Of a stretch of DNA of 64,000 nucleotides, positions 35,901 through 48,719 are shown piece by piece. This DNA comes from Macrostomum lignano (Eukaryota). The position numbers and the translations under genes are program-made. The notes beneath the pieces are model-generated. The model ran no database searches and was not told the origin of the DNA. It saw nothing but the letters and a program-made list of their open reading frames with translations. The stretch covers positions 1,054,001 through 1,118,000 of the forward strand of contig NIVC01000032.1 of NCBI GenBank assembly GCA_002269645.1, read 5' to 3'. The first letter of the stretch is position 1. Every line of letters starts with the position of its first letter.

Positions 35901-38746
35901 AGCAGTGAGCGAGTCCGTAAGTACGGCCACAAATTCATCTGCTTCCTCGCAAGTGTTGATCGAGACTGGAGTGCTAGTGCATCGATAGGTCTCATCCAAG
36001 GCAAGCCTGAAGGCGGTCCAATCGGTATTCCTAGCATTCCGTTTCCAGTAAAGCTGGCCTGCGTTTCGGGCGCTGGCCAGCGTGAAGGAGATGAAATTGT
36101 GATCGGAGAGGGACGCCTCAGGAAGCACCCGCCACTCTCTAGTGCTCTGGAAGTGCCTGGGCGTGGCGAGGGTGACATCCAGCACCTCCGATCGGCGTCC
36201 GTTATTGAAAGTAGGGGTATTACCCGAGTTACAGAACTCAAGGGTTGCAGTAGCAATATAAGCCAGGAAGTCTTCACCTCTCCGGTTAATATCAAAACTG
36301 CCCCAGTTGGTGTGTTGGACATTGATATCGCCTGACACAAGCAGCTCATAATTCCTGGTGGAGCAGAGCTCGACCAGTGTGACAAGCTCCCCTGGGATCA
36401 TCTCGCCGTCGCCCGGTAAGTAGACCGAGGCGATGAGGGTAGTCCTCCGAGGGAGTATGTCTTCAGACTTGATGACACAGATGTCCCTGGTGGACAGGTC
36501 CGATCTGAGCCATGCGTTAATAGAGCTAGACACCATGATGCAAGATATTGGTGCCAGGTTTCTCTCCCGGGTGCCAGCGGTTAAACACTGGTAGCCGGTG
36601 GGGACATGGTGGGGGCTGCCCATTAGCGTCCAAGGTTCCTGGATAAGGATAATCCCTGGTGCGTATTGGTCAGTGTGCTTCAATAGGTTGACTGAAGCAG
36701 CAATGCTGTGCTGCAGGTTGACCTGCAGGCAGTGGATGCCCTGGGAGACAGTTATGTCTACTGTCCAGGAGAGGAGAAAAGCAACTCATTCTCAGCCTCA
36801 TCGGTGAGAGCTGAGTTGCCAATTTCCATTGGCTCAGGCTCAGCCGCCGCGGAGGCGGACACGGCGCCCACGGCAGGTGAGTCACCTAGCCGCACTACAC
36901 CGCCCTCCCCCCCAGCAACTGGGGTACGGCTGCTGCCTTCGCCTTGCGCCCCGCCGTCGGGAGTCTGAGCTCGGCCGGCAGCGCCCTCCTGGTGGTAATC
37001 CCACCAGTTGGAAGGCTGAGCCATGCCGTCGTTCAGTTCCCTCGGCTGGCTTTCAGTGCTTTTGCGAGCGGCACGAGTCTGCTCGAGGTGAAGTCTCAGA
37101 GACTGAGCTTCGTCAAGTGCGCGCTGGATTAGCCCGGACCGCCGGTTACTGCGGGCGGGTCTACGTCCGCGCGAGGCGGACTCAGCAGCGCAAATAGCCT
37201 TGTTAGGCTCGGTATCGGGTTGCTGCTGCCGCTTGGCCGGCGGAGCCTGGGCCCCAGCTCCGGATGCGGCGCGTTTCCCGTCGTTCTTGGTCTCCACCTT
37301 GCCCTCCTCACAGCGGAGGATGGTCAGTTGGTGGAGACCAAGGTGGAGGTTTGTGCCGTACGGTAGCCGCTTGGCCCATCCCTCCGTCAGGCCGTGGATG
37401 ACGGTGGCCCCGGTCGTGCCCTTCCGGACCGTGCTGTGGTACACAAGACCACTGGCGTCGAGATCTGGGTGCCGCTTGAGCAGGAGTTGCCGCAGCTGCT
37501 CCCCGGACTTGATTGCACTGTCGGCCGGGACCCAAATCCGATGGTGGATGATCTTCGGCCGCTCGCTCTCCAGGGCGAAGGTCAGCTGGCCCAGGTCGCT
37601 GTGCCAGTCGAACTTGGGCAGCTGATCCCGCAGGAGCTGGGTGCTTTCCTCGGATTTTCACCACAGTAGGATGCACCCGTTCGCCTTGGTGGACTTGACG
37701 ATGTCCACGAAGACGCCCTCCAGGGTTAGATTCAGCAAGCCAAACATTCGTCGATGGTACGCCACGCGACGTCGAGCTGCTCGGGCGTCAGGTCGAAATC
37801 CCCGCCGAGGATCATCACGGCGGGTTGCAGCGGCTGCTTGACCTTGGAGGCGTAGGACTCGGAGGTCTTGAGCGGGGCCGCTTTGTCCTTGGAGAGCGGC
37901 AGGCCGGCAGGGTTGCCCCCCTGAGAGTCCGAGGACACGGCGGTTCCTGACGGCCCAGCCGCGCCACCGGACTCCCCAGAGGGCCTCCCCGCTGCGGTGG
38001 CTCCCAAAGTCCTCACCGCGGCTTGCCCGCCCTCCGCGGACGCAGCAGCAGCCCGCTTCTCCTGCCGCTTACGGTTGCGGCGGATGTTTCGCTGCCGTCG
38101 GGACTCTGTCATGCGCGGTCGGCTAGACTGGCGGCCAGGGTGCTCGGCGGCAGCGTCAGCTGGCCCTGGTTGGACCAGGTTGGGCGTTGGTGCTACCAGT
38201 GGTAGCTACCGGAGTGGCTGATCCCGGTGAGTCAGAGGCGACCGGGTCAGTTTCTTTTTAGATGGTGGCGTTAGTGGCCATAGCTGAAAAGCGGGGGAGG
38301 GCTACTCGTTACGCGAGTTGAGTACCCGACTGGCCGAAACCTCAAGCCAGCCGGTTTGAAAAAAGGACCGCTAGCGACCGGAATACTCCCCGGCCTTCCA
38401 GCCCATCGGCACGGTCAAACACCTTAGGCATTAGAGGGTACGTTAAGCAGCACCACGGCCTGCAGGCAGGCAAACCAGACCCGCATACCCAAATTAAGCC
38501 GAAGCCACTGGATGGGTCCCCAGCGCCGGAGCCCAGTCTGTCCAGCAGCCCTGGGGTCTGCCTTGAACACACGTGGGGACGAGTACCCCTGAGTCGACTT
38601 GCGAGACGGGGAGTGGGTCTGCGGCTGCCAGAGGCAAATAGATGATGCAGACCTCCCACCAGCCTTGACCTGCTGAAGATAGGGGGAGGCCCAAAGGCCT
38701 GGTCTGTCACATACTTCACTGGCATGCTGAATACGCCTTCGCGTGC
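32995..38746 (-). mobile_element. Full-length LOA/R1-group non-LTR retrotransposon, copy A (degenerate; ORF1 + APE-RT-RNase H-zinc finger)
   Basis: 12-bp TSD GCCGATGGGCGC at 32983-32994 and 38747-38758; (AGTCAAGT)-type 3' tail; APE (LIQEPW, SGDINV, SDH), RT (GSPQGGVLSPVLW, YGDDV), RNase H (HSDSQAAL, WIPGHAGFKGNELAD), CPLC..H..C; several frameshifts and stops. Confidence 0.92.
38487..38746 (-). ncRNA. Candidate HDV-like ribozyme at the 5' end of LOA copy A (possibly inactivated)
   Basis: P1 GCACGCG/CACGTGT (one mismatch), P2 ACTCAG/TTGGGT, P3 GGG/CCC, L3 TACTCGT, P1.1 AC/GT; J4/2 TTAAT has T at the aligned catalytic C (38497). Confidence 0.6.
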
Positions 38747-40140
38747 GCCGATGGGCGCAGGGGCGCCGGCGAGCACGCTGTTCATGACGCCTATAACCTG
38801 GAAGGCCACACAGCGGAGCCGAGCGCCTTGCCGCCTTGTGTTTTCCGAGCGAACAGTACAACGTCCTCCGTGGTGACTGGGCTGGTGCAGAAGTCCTCCT
38901 TTCCAATGGGAGCGGCGTGTCCAGTGGGAGCGTAAGAATTGCGGAACGCGGCGACGCGGGCGCGTTTACGATGCCGGCGAAGAACTCGCGCAATTCATTC
39001 CTGCGCTCCTCCGGGGTGTCGCCAGCCAGGTTCGGCGCCACGCGCTTTTTGTGCCCTGTCAGAGTCCGGACGGCCGTGAACACTGCACGGCTCTTCATGT
39101 TGTGGCCGGCTGCAATGATGGACCTGACGGCGTCGTCGACAGCGGCCTGCTGCCGCTCGTCTAGAAGGCGCTCAAACGCGTCTTCAGCGTTGCCTGTGGG
39201 CCCCCGGTTTCTGCGAAGTCGCTCGATGTTGAACCACGCCTGCCTGATGGTCGGGTCGCTCTGCCAGACAGGCAGCGATTTGTGCGCCGGCCGCATCAGT
39301 GGGACCGTCTGCTCTGCAGAAGCTCTAACGGAGGTGCTGATGTCAGAATACTCCGCCTCGCGCTGGTCTCCAAGCGCGCCGACGAAGACGCCCGAAAATT
39401 GACGCTTCACGCGGGTGTCCAAAAGTGCGCGATAGTAGCGCCGTAGCCGCTGCTTTGGCGGTCGGTAGAGCTTGTCGTGGAGCCGCAAGTCGCAGAACAG
39501 GAGTCGATGGTCTGACCGCAGAGCCACCGGAGCCATGATGTCGCAGTTGGTGACGCGACGGCGCTTCGCGAGTGCGAACCATCGCATGATTGGGTTGCAC
39601 CAGTCTCCTCGTGGCGTTCCGCCCGCTGCGTTCCGTCGCATTTTCTTGCAGTTTGCAAACGTAACCAGGCGGGCAGGGGGCTTGCGAAACTGGGTTTTTG
39701 CGGACACCAGGTCCAGCCGGTCAAGCAGGTTCTCGAGCTCATCGGCGTTAGCGTTCTCGCATCCCACGACAAAAGAGCGAGCGCTCGGACTCCGCGGAAC
39801 TGCCTTCAGGTTTCCGATCACCGCCAATGTGTCGCGGTTTGGCACCTCTTCCAGCTGTCCAGCCAGGAAGTCGAAGGCATGAGCCTCCTCGAGGTGAGCA
39901 GCGGTGGATGCATACGCGCAGAACAGCTGAATGCAGGTTCAAGTCGACCCGCATCAGTCGCGGGGACAGCAAAGTGCAGTACACGCTCTGTCGGAGGCGC
40001 GGTCCGATCAGTACGCCGAAACCGCCCCTGCCGCGGTCGTCTGCCGACGTGTACAGGAGATTCCAGTCGGCTCCAAGGTCCTCAGAGTGGAGCCTCGGCT
40101 CAGCTACGCAAGAAACCTCCTGCAGCATGATGAGGTCTAA
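38747..40140 (-). mobile_element. RTE-clade LINE body (APE to start of RT), degenerate
   Basis: LDLIMLQEVS, GRGGFGVLI, SDHRLL endonuclease motifs and RT linker; frameshifted. Confidence 0.8.
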
Positions 40141-40601
40141 CTGTTCTGGCCATTGGCGGTGGTTCGATTTCCAACGGCCAACAATTTACAGTGGTCCAAC
40201 GGCCGTCCATAATGACTCATTATATTTGCAGAGCCATTATATCTGCAGTCATTATATTTGCTCGCCCTTACTAATAGTGCTGACACCTCCTGGCATAGCT
40301 GCCAGATCACCAGACCGCGCATGACCTCGGTTGGCTCGGACGGCCGCGCCTCGGCTGCGGCAGCAAAGCTCAGCACACCAGGGACACGCAGAGGTCGGCG
40401 CTGCGCGCAATGTCGCACTGAGTGCCCAGTCCCTGATATTGAAACATGATCCGCCGGGTGGCTCTGAGGATCACGAGGCCAATCTCCATCTGGCCTCAGC
40501 TGTAACAGGTGGTGGCCGCCTCCGACTCGGCACGATGAACTGCGGAACTCTGAAAACCCCTGGCGTCGCATCATCCTCGTCCAGCTGGCCCACGACCGTT
40601 A
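40138..40601 (+). mobile_element. Inverted 5' segment of the same RTE element
   Basis: Plus strand reads LRLGTMNCGTLKT(P)WRRIILVQLAHD, the APE N-terminus that continues into LDLIMLQE on the minus strand at 40140; TAA/TTA microhomology at both junctions. Confidence 0.7.
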
Positions 40602-41003
40602 ACGTTAATGTTAAAAGTCCTGGCTATGGAACCTGACTTCTACTACCTTTTTACAGAATTTTATGACAATTTCTGATATCAATATTTCTTCTTTGAAGAC
40701 TCAAAAAAGACTTCTTACAAAAACTTCTTCATCCAAACCAATTTTAGCGCTAAATATCTCGTTAGGACAAATGTTTATTTATGGTATTAACGCGTATAAA
40801 CAGACTGTTGCAAAACACTCGTGATAACAAGTACACGGATAATTGCTACTCAACTTCAAATATCGTGTCAGACAAGTTTCTGTTAGGTGGAAACTCCCAC
40901 AGTCACGAACAGTTATGAGTTCGTAGCTTTCACAATAAATGGTGGATATTTATTTCATTGAATTAGGCAAGGCTGATCAAGGCCAACCCACAGATACTAT
41001 ATA

Positions 41004-42642
41004 ACTAGATAGGTCACTCCCTATCTCGCTGTGGGGACGAAAAATGATACTACTCTTAGGACGGTAGTGTAAATGCAAATTATTAGAAACATTCTTATCA
41101 GTGACTAAAATGAAATCGATCGAAAATAAAGTTTTCAACCATATGCACAATCTTCTACAGTGTACATTCTTGACTCAAGGACTACTTAAGTAGAAGGACG
41201 CAAGACTCAGAATTGGTGAAAATTTCATTGATGCCCGATTTTTCAATGTATCTCCTGTGTACGCCATTGATCGTAAGATGCTTATTTTTGCGCAGAATAG
41301 ACAGTAACATATGCCCTTTCATTTAAGACATCAATAAGTTGAACAATTTGGACTTGAAACACCTCAAAATACTTGTCAACAGTACAGTCCTATACACTAA
41401 AAAATCATCTAAAATGCTGATTTTATTGTCAAAAAACAAGAAAAAAACGTCAAAAGAGACGAAACTGCAAACTGGCAAGGTAGCAGAAACAAGAAGAAAG
41501 ACGACCTAGCAGGCGACGACATCATCGGTGGCATCCAATTTGTCGCCGAATTCTTAGTCGAGGGCGTCCAGATCCGCGGTTGACGCTCCAGGGCCGGCTT
41601 TTGTGATATGACAACATTGAGCGGCGACGATGGCAGTGCCAGCTGCTGCTCGCGGGCGCGTTTGGCCACCGGCGGTGTCCTTGGTGACGACAATCGGGGT
41701 TGGAAGTCGTCGCCATCGTCGCCGAATAGTTCTCGTTTAATTCTGCTGCTGCTAATCGGCTGGCCCGGTGTCTCTTCGTCACTGTCCGGGACCACGCTCG
41801 CAGTGATCTTAACATCATTGTCGTCGTCGGCCGCCGCCGGGCCAATAGAGCGGGGTCGCTGCGAGTCGGTCACTAGCAAAGATGCTCTCTTCTACTGCTT
41901 TTGGAGGTGCTGCTTCTGCCGCTCGGGCAATTCAGCAGCAGCTTCGGCAGCAGCAGCTTTGGCAGCTTCAGCTTCGGCTGCTTTGGCTGCTTCGGCAGCG
42001 GCAATCAGATCGTCAGCGTCAATCTCGTCGTCTTCGAAAAGATTGACGGCAGCCGCAGCATGCCCGCTGCAACCTCACAGCTTAGCTGCTCCTCCAGAGC
42101 TGCCTGCCGCTCGGCTTCCTTACACGCCTTGATCAAGGCATCGACATCTTTGGTATCTTCGGCATCGTAGTTGTCCATGTCGCACCAAATATTTAATTTT
42201 TTAATAGGAAAGTGCACTGAAAGAACTGAAGCAGCAACAGCAGCGACTAAAGCGTTGTCTTGGTTTCCTTTCTCCTACTATATATATGACTGGGCACCGC
42301 TGTTAATTTTGTTGTCTATGGCTAAAAGACCCTTTTGCTTGACCAAGCAGAAGAAGAGAGAGCCATATCTATATATTTTTTTTTCAGGAAAAAGTGCTAG
42401 GCATCGCCGCGGCGCAGTGATATTAATATGTTTTGTCTATGACACGAACTTGACAACTTGAATACTGCTTTACCATGCACGCATGCAGAAAATGAATCTC
42501 TTCTAAACATGCTTTACCATGCAGAGCCGCTCTACCAGAGCACACGTTTGCAAAATAGATTTTTTATTTTGGCTATTTTTCACTACTGATGGCTGGTCCT
42601 AAGAGTAGTGTGAGAGTAAATTAACCGAGTGACCTATCTAGT
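41004..42642. mobile_element. TIR-bounded element (~1.64 kb) carrying a decayed non-transposase ORF
   Basis: TIR ACTAGATAGGTCACTC at 41004-41019 and 42627-42642, flanked by TA; second inverted pair ACTACTCTTAGGAC at 41049-41062 and 42596-42609; minus-strand broken ORF at ~41409-42185. Confidence 0.6.
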
Positions 42643-43111
42643 TAAATCTTAAGTAGTCACTAACAGGCATGTGACTACTGGTGACAGTAGTCATGGTGAC
42701 AGATCCATGCAGTGATTTTTCGAAAAATAACTGCATAAAAACCTAATCGTAGCGCATAAAAACCTATTCATGGGGCCAGGAAAGTCGAAATGCAGGAAGG
42801 AATCGGCGCTTGAGGCAGCTTATTTTACGAGCGTAGCGATAAAGACGAATAGAAGCAACGATATATGGTCCCTGTAGAAAAAATGCGTTACTTTTTGTGT
42901 CGCATTCACGCAGCAACTCTCCCAACTTCCTGCATGTTCTTTGTTTAAAAATGCTGGAAATACATGTATGCAAAAGCTCTTCAAACCTATAAGCAGGTAG
43001 TCAAGTGATTTGAGTGCAGTCACCGTGAGAGCACGAGTTTCTGTATTTAAGACGAAACAATTCTCAATTTTTCACTGATGGTCTAAGGTTTTCGCTATCG
43101 ATAGAGCAAAA

Positions 43112-43867
43112 ATGAAAACACAATTGGATTTCAGAAAATGCAGGACACCCAACATTATTTTGGCAGTGCTGCTCCTGCAAGTTGACTCATCCCAGCAGCA
43201 GGCCGTGTGCCCTGCTCCGTTCAATATCGAGGCTGGCAAGTGCGTCTTCGTGAACACTTCGATCGTATTCAACTGGTGCGAGGCCAACCGGCAGTGCGCA
43301 GCGATCGGAGGTGAGCTCATCAACTCGAACGAGACGCTGAAACTGCTCAGCAGCATGCCGAGCATGAATGTCTTTACGCATTTGTGGCTCGGAGTGACCG
43401 ACCTCGCGGACGAGCGACTGACATCTCGGTCGGGCTGGCAGACGGTCAACGGCAATGAAAATCTACAGCTAGACAACGCACTGTGGTACGGAAAGATGCC
43501 CAACAACAACGGGAATCAGGACTGTGTGATGCTGGCAAGTGACAACAGCCACACCTTTATTGATCAATACTGCACTCTTAAAAAAAAGGGATTCGCTTGC
43601 GAATTCACCCCAAAAATGGGGCCTTCATGCGCTACCTGGGTACAGGTGCCGTTCAAGCGCACTGAGTACAATGACGAGTACTGCTACACTGAGATGCAGC
43701 AGGTTACCGACGTGCTTCACTGCTTCGCCTCAAGCAAGTACTCGAATGCCATGAGCGTGTTGTACAATAAAAATCTTCGCAAGTGCCGGTTGCTGCAGTT
43801 CATTGACGCCCAAGTCGAACAGGAAATCGAGAACAGCAGCGATTGGATAAAGTTCGTTCTTCAGTAA
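43112..43867 (+). CDS. Secreted C-type lectin domain protein with a C-terminal PAN/apple-like segment, single exon, 251 aa
   Basis: Hydrophobic leader IILAVLLLQ; CTLD motifs CPAPF..AGKC, W..A...C, LWLG, W....PNN....DC, D..C....FACE. Confidence 0.85.
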   Translation: MKTQLDFRKCRTPNIILAVLLLQVDSSQQQAVCPAPFNIEAGKCVFVNTSIVFNWCEANRQCAAIGGELINSNETLKLLSSMPSMNVFTHLWLGVTDLADERLTSRSGWQTVNGNENLQLDNALWYGKMPNNNGNQDCVMLASDNSHTFIDQYCTLKKKGFACEFTPKMGPSCATWVQVPFKRTEYNDEYCYTEMQQVTDVLHCFASSKYSNAMSVLYNKNLRKCRLLQFIDAQVEQEIENSSDWIKFVLQ

Positions 43868-44905
43868 GGAAGCAAGTTATACTCTTGAACTTGGATACGA
43901 CAACAAACTTCGATAAAACGAACTTTTTGGAACGAGTAAAAACCATATAAGCATGTTTTAAGTATACCATGCAATTTCTTATGTTTTGCATGGCATGGTT
44001 TCTCTGTTGTTTTTGCAATGGTCGTTATGATATAATCTGCTTTACACTGTTCTTATGTTGCGCTATATCTGCCGACCAACACTGCTTCGGAGCCGTATCT
44101 CAAAACATTTTTTTGAATATGTTACATCCTTATTCTATCTGCAGTCGGTTCTTTTCTTTCAGCTTTTCTAAATTAAGTTTCCACTGAGAATTAAATGAAT
44201 AGTTAAAAACTACCGTACTGAATATGCGTAAGCTTAAAATAAAACCGTGATTTCTTATTACCTTGGCTACGTTTCATTCCGATTTACAAAAGCCGAAAAG
44301 TCTATGAATAGATGCTCGTAAATCTCGGTATCTAGTCACGAGATCACTTCGAAATTACGCCTGTTTGAAATGAAAGGTTCAGAAGTGCTTCAGAAGTGCT
44401 TCATTCGTTCTTTTATTCCGTCAAGTACATGTACGTGTTCATTGACATAGTTTGCTTGCATTTACATGTATTTACTGAAGTAACAGCTAGAGATTAGGAG
44501 AGCTTGAATCGCGTTAATAAGGGGGAATAATTACTATCCATTTAATATTTCGCATTATTTAAATAATGAACCTCCAAAAAACCTCACAACACAATAGAAT
44601 TATGGGTCTTGAGGAGGAAAATGCGTGGGCCTGACTAAATTGATTGACAGGCGGCTGCACTGACTTTGTTAGTACCGACTGCTAGGAAACACAAAGCAAT
44701 CCGTTTTTTGTCGAGAGTCGAGACCAGCGTTCCGCATATTTCGTATATTCAAGAGGCAGCTTGCTTTTGTTTCGAAACGTTTTGAAAGGCAAAATAGAAT
44801 CGTTTCTGCAAGCTATCTATTCGTGTCCATTGTCTACGTCTGAAGAGGTTCTTTATAGATTTTTTTCGGCGACTCTGCGTGGCATTTTAGTCACGGAAAG
44901 GATAG

Positions 44906-45683
44906 TGTGACGATTAACTGGCAGACTCGGGATCAAATGACGAAGACGAATACAACAGAGGCAAATGTGTAGCGGTAGCACTCGATGATAGTGACGAATG
45001 ATGCGGGCGATGGCCGCAGTTCTCATTTACTGTACCCGTATGAGTGGATAGTTAGGGCTCGTTAGTTATCAATTCCGTCTGGGTAGTTAAGTAGAGATGG
45101 GCCTGAGTATTTAGTTGAATCCGTAAGGAATGCACTGGGCGGCTGCGCAACAATAAGATAGATGATAGAGCGAGTTGATGAGCCTGAGGCAATGGCGATG
45201 ATGTGATGACAGTGGTCGTATGGTGGCGGTACTCGTAGCGACAACCCCCTACGAATGATAGCGGTGGCGGCGGCGCGACTGAGACTTGGCAGAGGCGTGG
45301 CTTAGAACCGTGGCGGAGCGAGAGAGAGAGAGAAGAAGCAGGAGAGTGAGGAAAAAGGCGGGTTAACCCCGGGCGCCCCAGTCAGACGTCAGGACTGATA
45401 ACGAGCGGGCTGGGGGTGGGTGCACGACAAAAGCTTAATTTCAGGCTAGCATAATATATGCGCGGCTTTCCTATTGGCCGGCGCGAAAACCAACTTGAAA
45501 ACAGAATTATCGATCGCATTGTACATAGGCTTTACGAACGCCACGCAATGTTGTTTAAAATTCCTTGGGCATTACCATAAGCAGACGTTAGAGTACGAGA
45601 CCATTAAATTAACAATATTGTAGAATGGCACTGCTTTGGCTAAAACGGCCCTTGTCGGGGCCACCTCAACTGACAACGTCGCA
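44906..45683. mobile_element. Solo LTR (778 bp)
   Basis: TGTGACG...CGTCGCA termini; 4-bp TSD ATAG at 44902-44905 and 45684-45687; absent from the paralogous segment at ~62575-62585. Confidence 0.8.
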
Positions 45684-45867
45684 ATAGATTAGTCAAAAAC
45701 AGAATTGCATTGTGTGTCATGAGAAGTCACTAGAAGTCCTGGACGAGAAACGGACTTGCAAGAGGCGTTTATTTAGCGACTTTAGACCACTTCCGTGAGA
45801 TTTATGCATTGCATAAATGGCCTTATCTATAGTGTTTTAGATTAATGCAAAATGCTAAAAACAAGTA

Positions 45868-46286
45868 TAGTATTTGTCATGCTATCTCAGCCTAGAGACA
45901 TCCAAACTCAGCCAGTCCCATTCCGCAATGCGTTTTTTTGGCTCGAGCTAGTCGACTTTTACCATAGACATGCTTCTTAAGGCCATGCTAACTCGGCCTG
46001 GGACATGCAATCTCAGCCAATATAGATTTCAATTGCAAACAGATCTCAATGCTATCATTTCTATAACGTGACATGAAATGGCAACAAACAGCAATGAATG
46101 AACGCAGCAAGAAAAGTCAGTAAGGGTACGCAACAACGCTGAGATTGCATGTCCCAGGCTGAGATAGCATGGCCTTAAGAAGCATGTCTATGGTAAAACT
46201 TGACTGGCTTACGTAAAAAATCGCACTGTCGAGATGGGCTGGCTGAGTTTGGATGTCTCTAGGCTGAGATAGCATGACAAATACTA
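45868..46286. mobile_element. MITE (~420 bp) with ~150-bp TIRs
   Basis: Arms TAGTATTTGTCATGCTATCTCAGCCTAGAGACATCC... at ~45868-46018 and 46139-46286; flanked by TA. Confidence 0.82.
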
Positions 46287-46659
46287 TACATGTAAATATT
46301 CTAGACACCGACTAATTTATGCCATAGACAAGATAATAAGAGTTGCGAAATTATGGAATTGACTGCTAGTTGCCGAAAAACAGTTGTGTTTGCTGCAGTT
46401 GACCGGATTCGGTACTGTAGAAACACTTTACACTTTACACTTAGCAATGCCTTTACACATTAGTTTACTCGTTATACGCATTATACATTATACAAATGTA
46501 TATATATATGTGTTCAGAGTCAAACTGTGAAGCTGAAACTGTTTCTTACAGGAGAGGAGCGAGCACGCTCTGCCCTGGGGCAGGCCGTCCTTGAAGACAC
46601 GCTCGTTACTAGACCACGATAGCCATTTGACTTTAGCACTCTAGTCAGCACTCTAGTCA

Positions 46660-48075
46660 GCACTCCAGTCCCGCTGCTTACCAACCCCCAGTATAGCGAG
46701 CTCTGACGAAGTCCCAGTCGAGGCGCTGCGGCTTTGCTGTGTGGCCTCCCAGGTCACAGGCGTCATGAACCAGCGAGTGGACCGTAGCGCACATCATGCC
46801 GATCCCGAAGAAGGCAGGGACAACGCGGAAAGATTACCACCGCAGGATCTCGCTGATGTCCTGCACTGCAAAGCTCTTCAACTGGCTGCTGCTCAATCGC
46901 CTGCAGTCGGTGCTGGACCCGTACCTGGAGTAAAGAAGAACGGATTCCGGCCGCAACGCGGTACAGTGACACAGATCCTCGCACATCCGACGTGTTATCG
47001 AGGAGGCGCGCATCAGCCAGTCTACGCTGACCATTGTCTTCGGTGAAAATTTGGAAATGCGTTTGACTCGATGCTGGGAGCTGCGCGCTTCCCTTCGTCC
47101 TTCGAGCCGATCCGGTCCCGCAGCAGCTAAAAGACGCTGTCATGTCGTTGTATTGCGGCACTCGAGCTGCTGTGGTGATGGCGACCTGTTCTTCACATCA
47201 TCAGGAGTTCTGCAAGGCGACACGCTTGCGTCGTTCCTCTACGTGCTGCTGCTGGACTGGATGCTTCGGATTGCACTCCCGCAGACGCATCGGTCGCCGC
47301 CACATCGAAAAGCGCCTGAGCGTGCTTGGCTACACCGACGACCTCGCCCTCATGTCTTCGTCCGTTGAAGGCACCCAGCCAGCGCCAGATCTACAGGCTG
47401 GTCGAGGTGGCATCGAGCGTCGGTCTGGTTGTCAACACGCTGAAGACCGAGGTGCTGACTGTGCCGGCCGACATCCCAGCGGACCTGACGTGCCGCGTCG
47501 CAGACTGGCAGATGATCAAGCTCGCACACTGCCAGCGGTTCACCTACCTCGGTGGTCTGATGCCCCACGTGGAGGAAGACCTCTGGCGGCGCAAAGGATT
47601 TGCCTGGGCGCCTTCCATTCGATCCGAGCCGTCCTCCAGTCCGAAGCGCTGCCCGACACAGAGGGCTCGGCTGTGGCAGGCGGTGATCGAAACCGTCCTG
47701 CTATGCAACGCCGAGACGTGGACACTGACGGCTACGCTGGAGCGGCAGCTGGTCTCGGCGCACTCAGGGCTGCTCAGTGCGGCCTTTCGAGCTGACGAGA
47801 GCGTCGGGACCGAGGCCCTGTACGATCGGGCCAAGCTGCAGCGCTCGCCCATCATCTTGCGCCGGCAGCAACTTCAACTGGAGGGCCGAGATCCGGGCAG
47901 GGGGCTACTGCCCCCAACCTCTTCAGGACGTCTTGCTGCTCACTTGCACGGCCCGTTCAGGCGGGGTCAGGCCCGAACCCGTCGATACGTGAACTCTGGG
48001 GCGCCTGGCACTGCTAACGGGGCGGACATCGCCCGCTCTCAGGCTCTGACGCGCCCTGCTCTCTGTGACTTTTCA
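46660..48075 (+). mobile_element. 5'-truncated degenerate RTE-clade LINE (RT region)
   Basis: WTVAHIMPIPKK, GVLQGDTLASFLYVLLLD, LGYTDDL, FTYLGG, LLCNAETWTL in several frames. Confidence 0.85.
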
Positions 48076-48719
48076 TGCGGGGCTGCGTACTTTGCTGTTG
48101 TTGATGTAAAACTTAAGAACATCTGCAAGCTACATGCCTATATCCATCGCCATATAAATCGGCGACCGTCAGCTAAAAGTTTTAAAACAGATCTATAAAA
48201 CCAATGAGTCGAGCTTTGCCATTTTTATGAGTTTAAGCACTTGACATGTACGTGGGATGTAATATTAACACACAGTCCCATTTTTCAAACGAAAAGCTCT
48301 ATGAAAATCAATAGAGCTATATACGAGTAAGAAAGGCAAGACATATCAAAAGATGAACTTGGTCATTCTTCTATCAAAGGAAATAACAGTTTTTGTGCTG
48401 AAAAGATGAAAAAATTCCTTCTCCGAAATGTATTTTCGGTAAAACCTACTTAGTTTCCTTCTCTTCTACTTAAGTAGTCCTTGGTCCATTTTAAGGAGCC
48501 AATAACAGTGTTCAGTGCAGATATTCTAATTAAATTCAGACGCATCAAAGTTCAGACTAACAAAACTTTTTATTAGAAGTTACTTATGAAAGAGAAGAAT
48601 TAATAACCGTAAAATGTCGGGATAAAGGTAAACTTTGAGTTTAAGTTCTCAGGTCCCTACATAGTGTCTACGATCCGTCTTGTGTTGTAGCTGCAGTCAA
48701 TTGAGTGCAGCGTAGTGAG

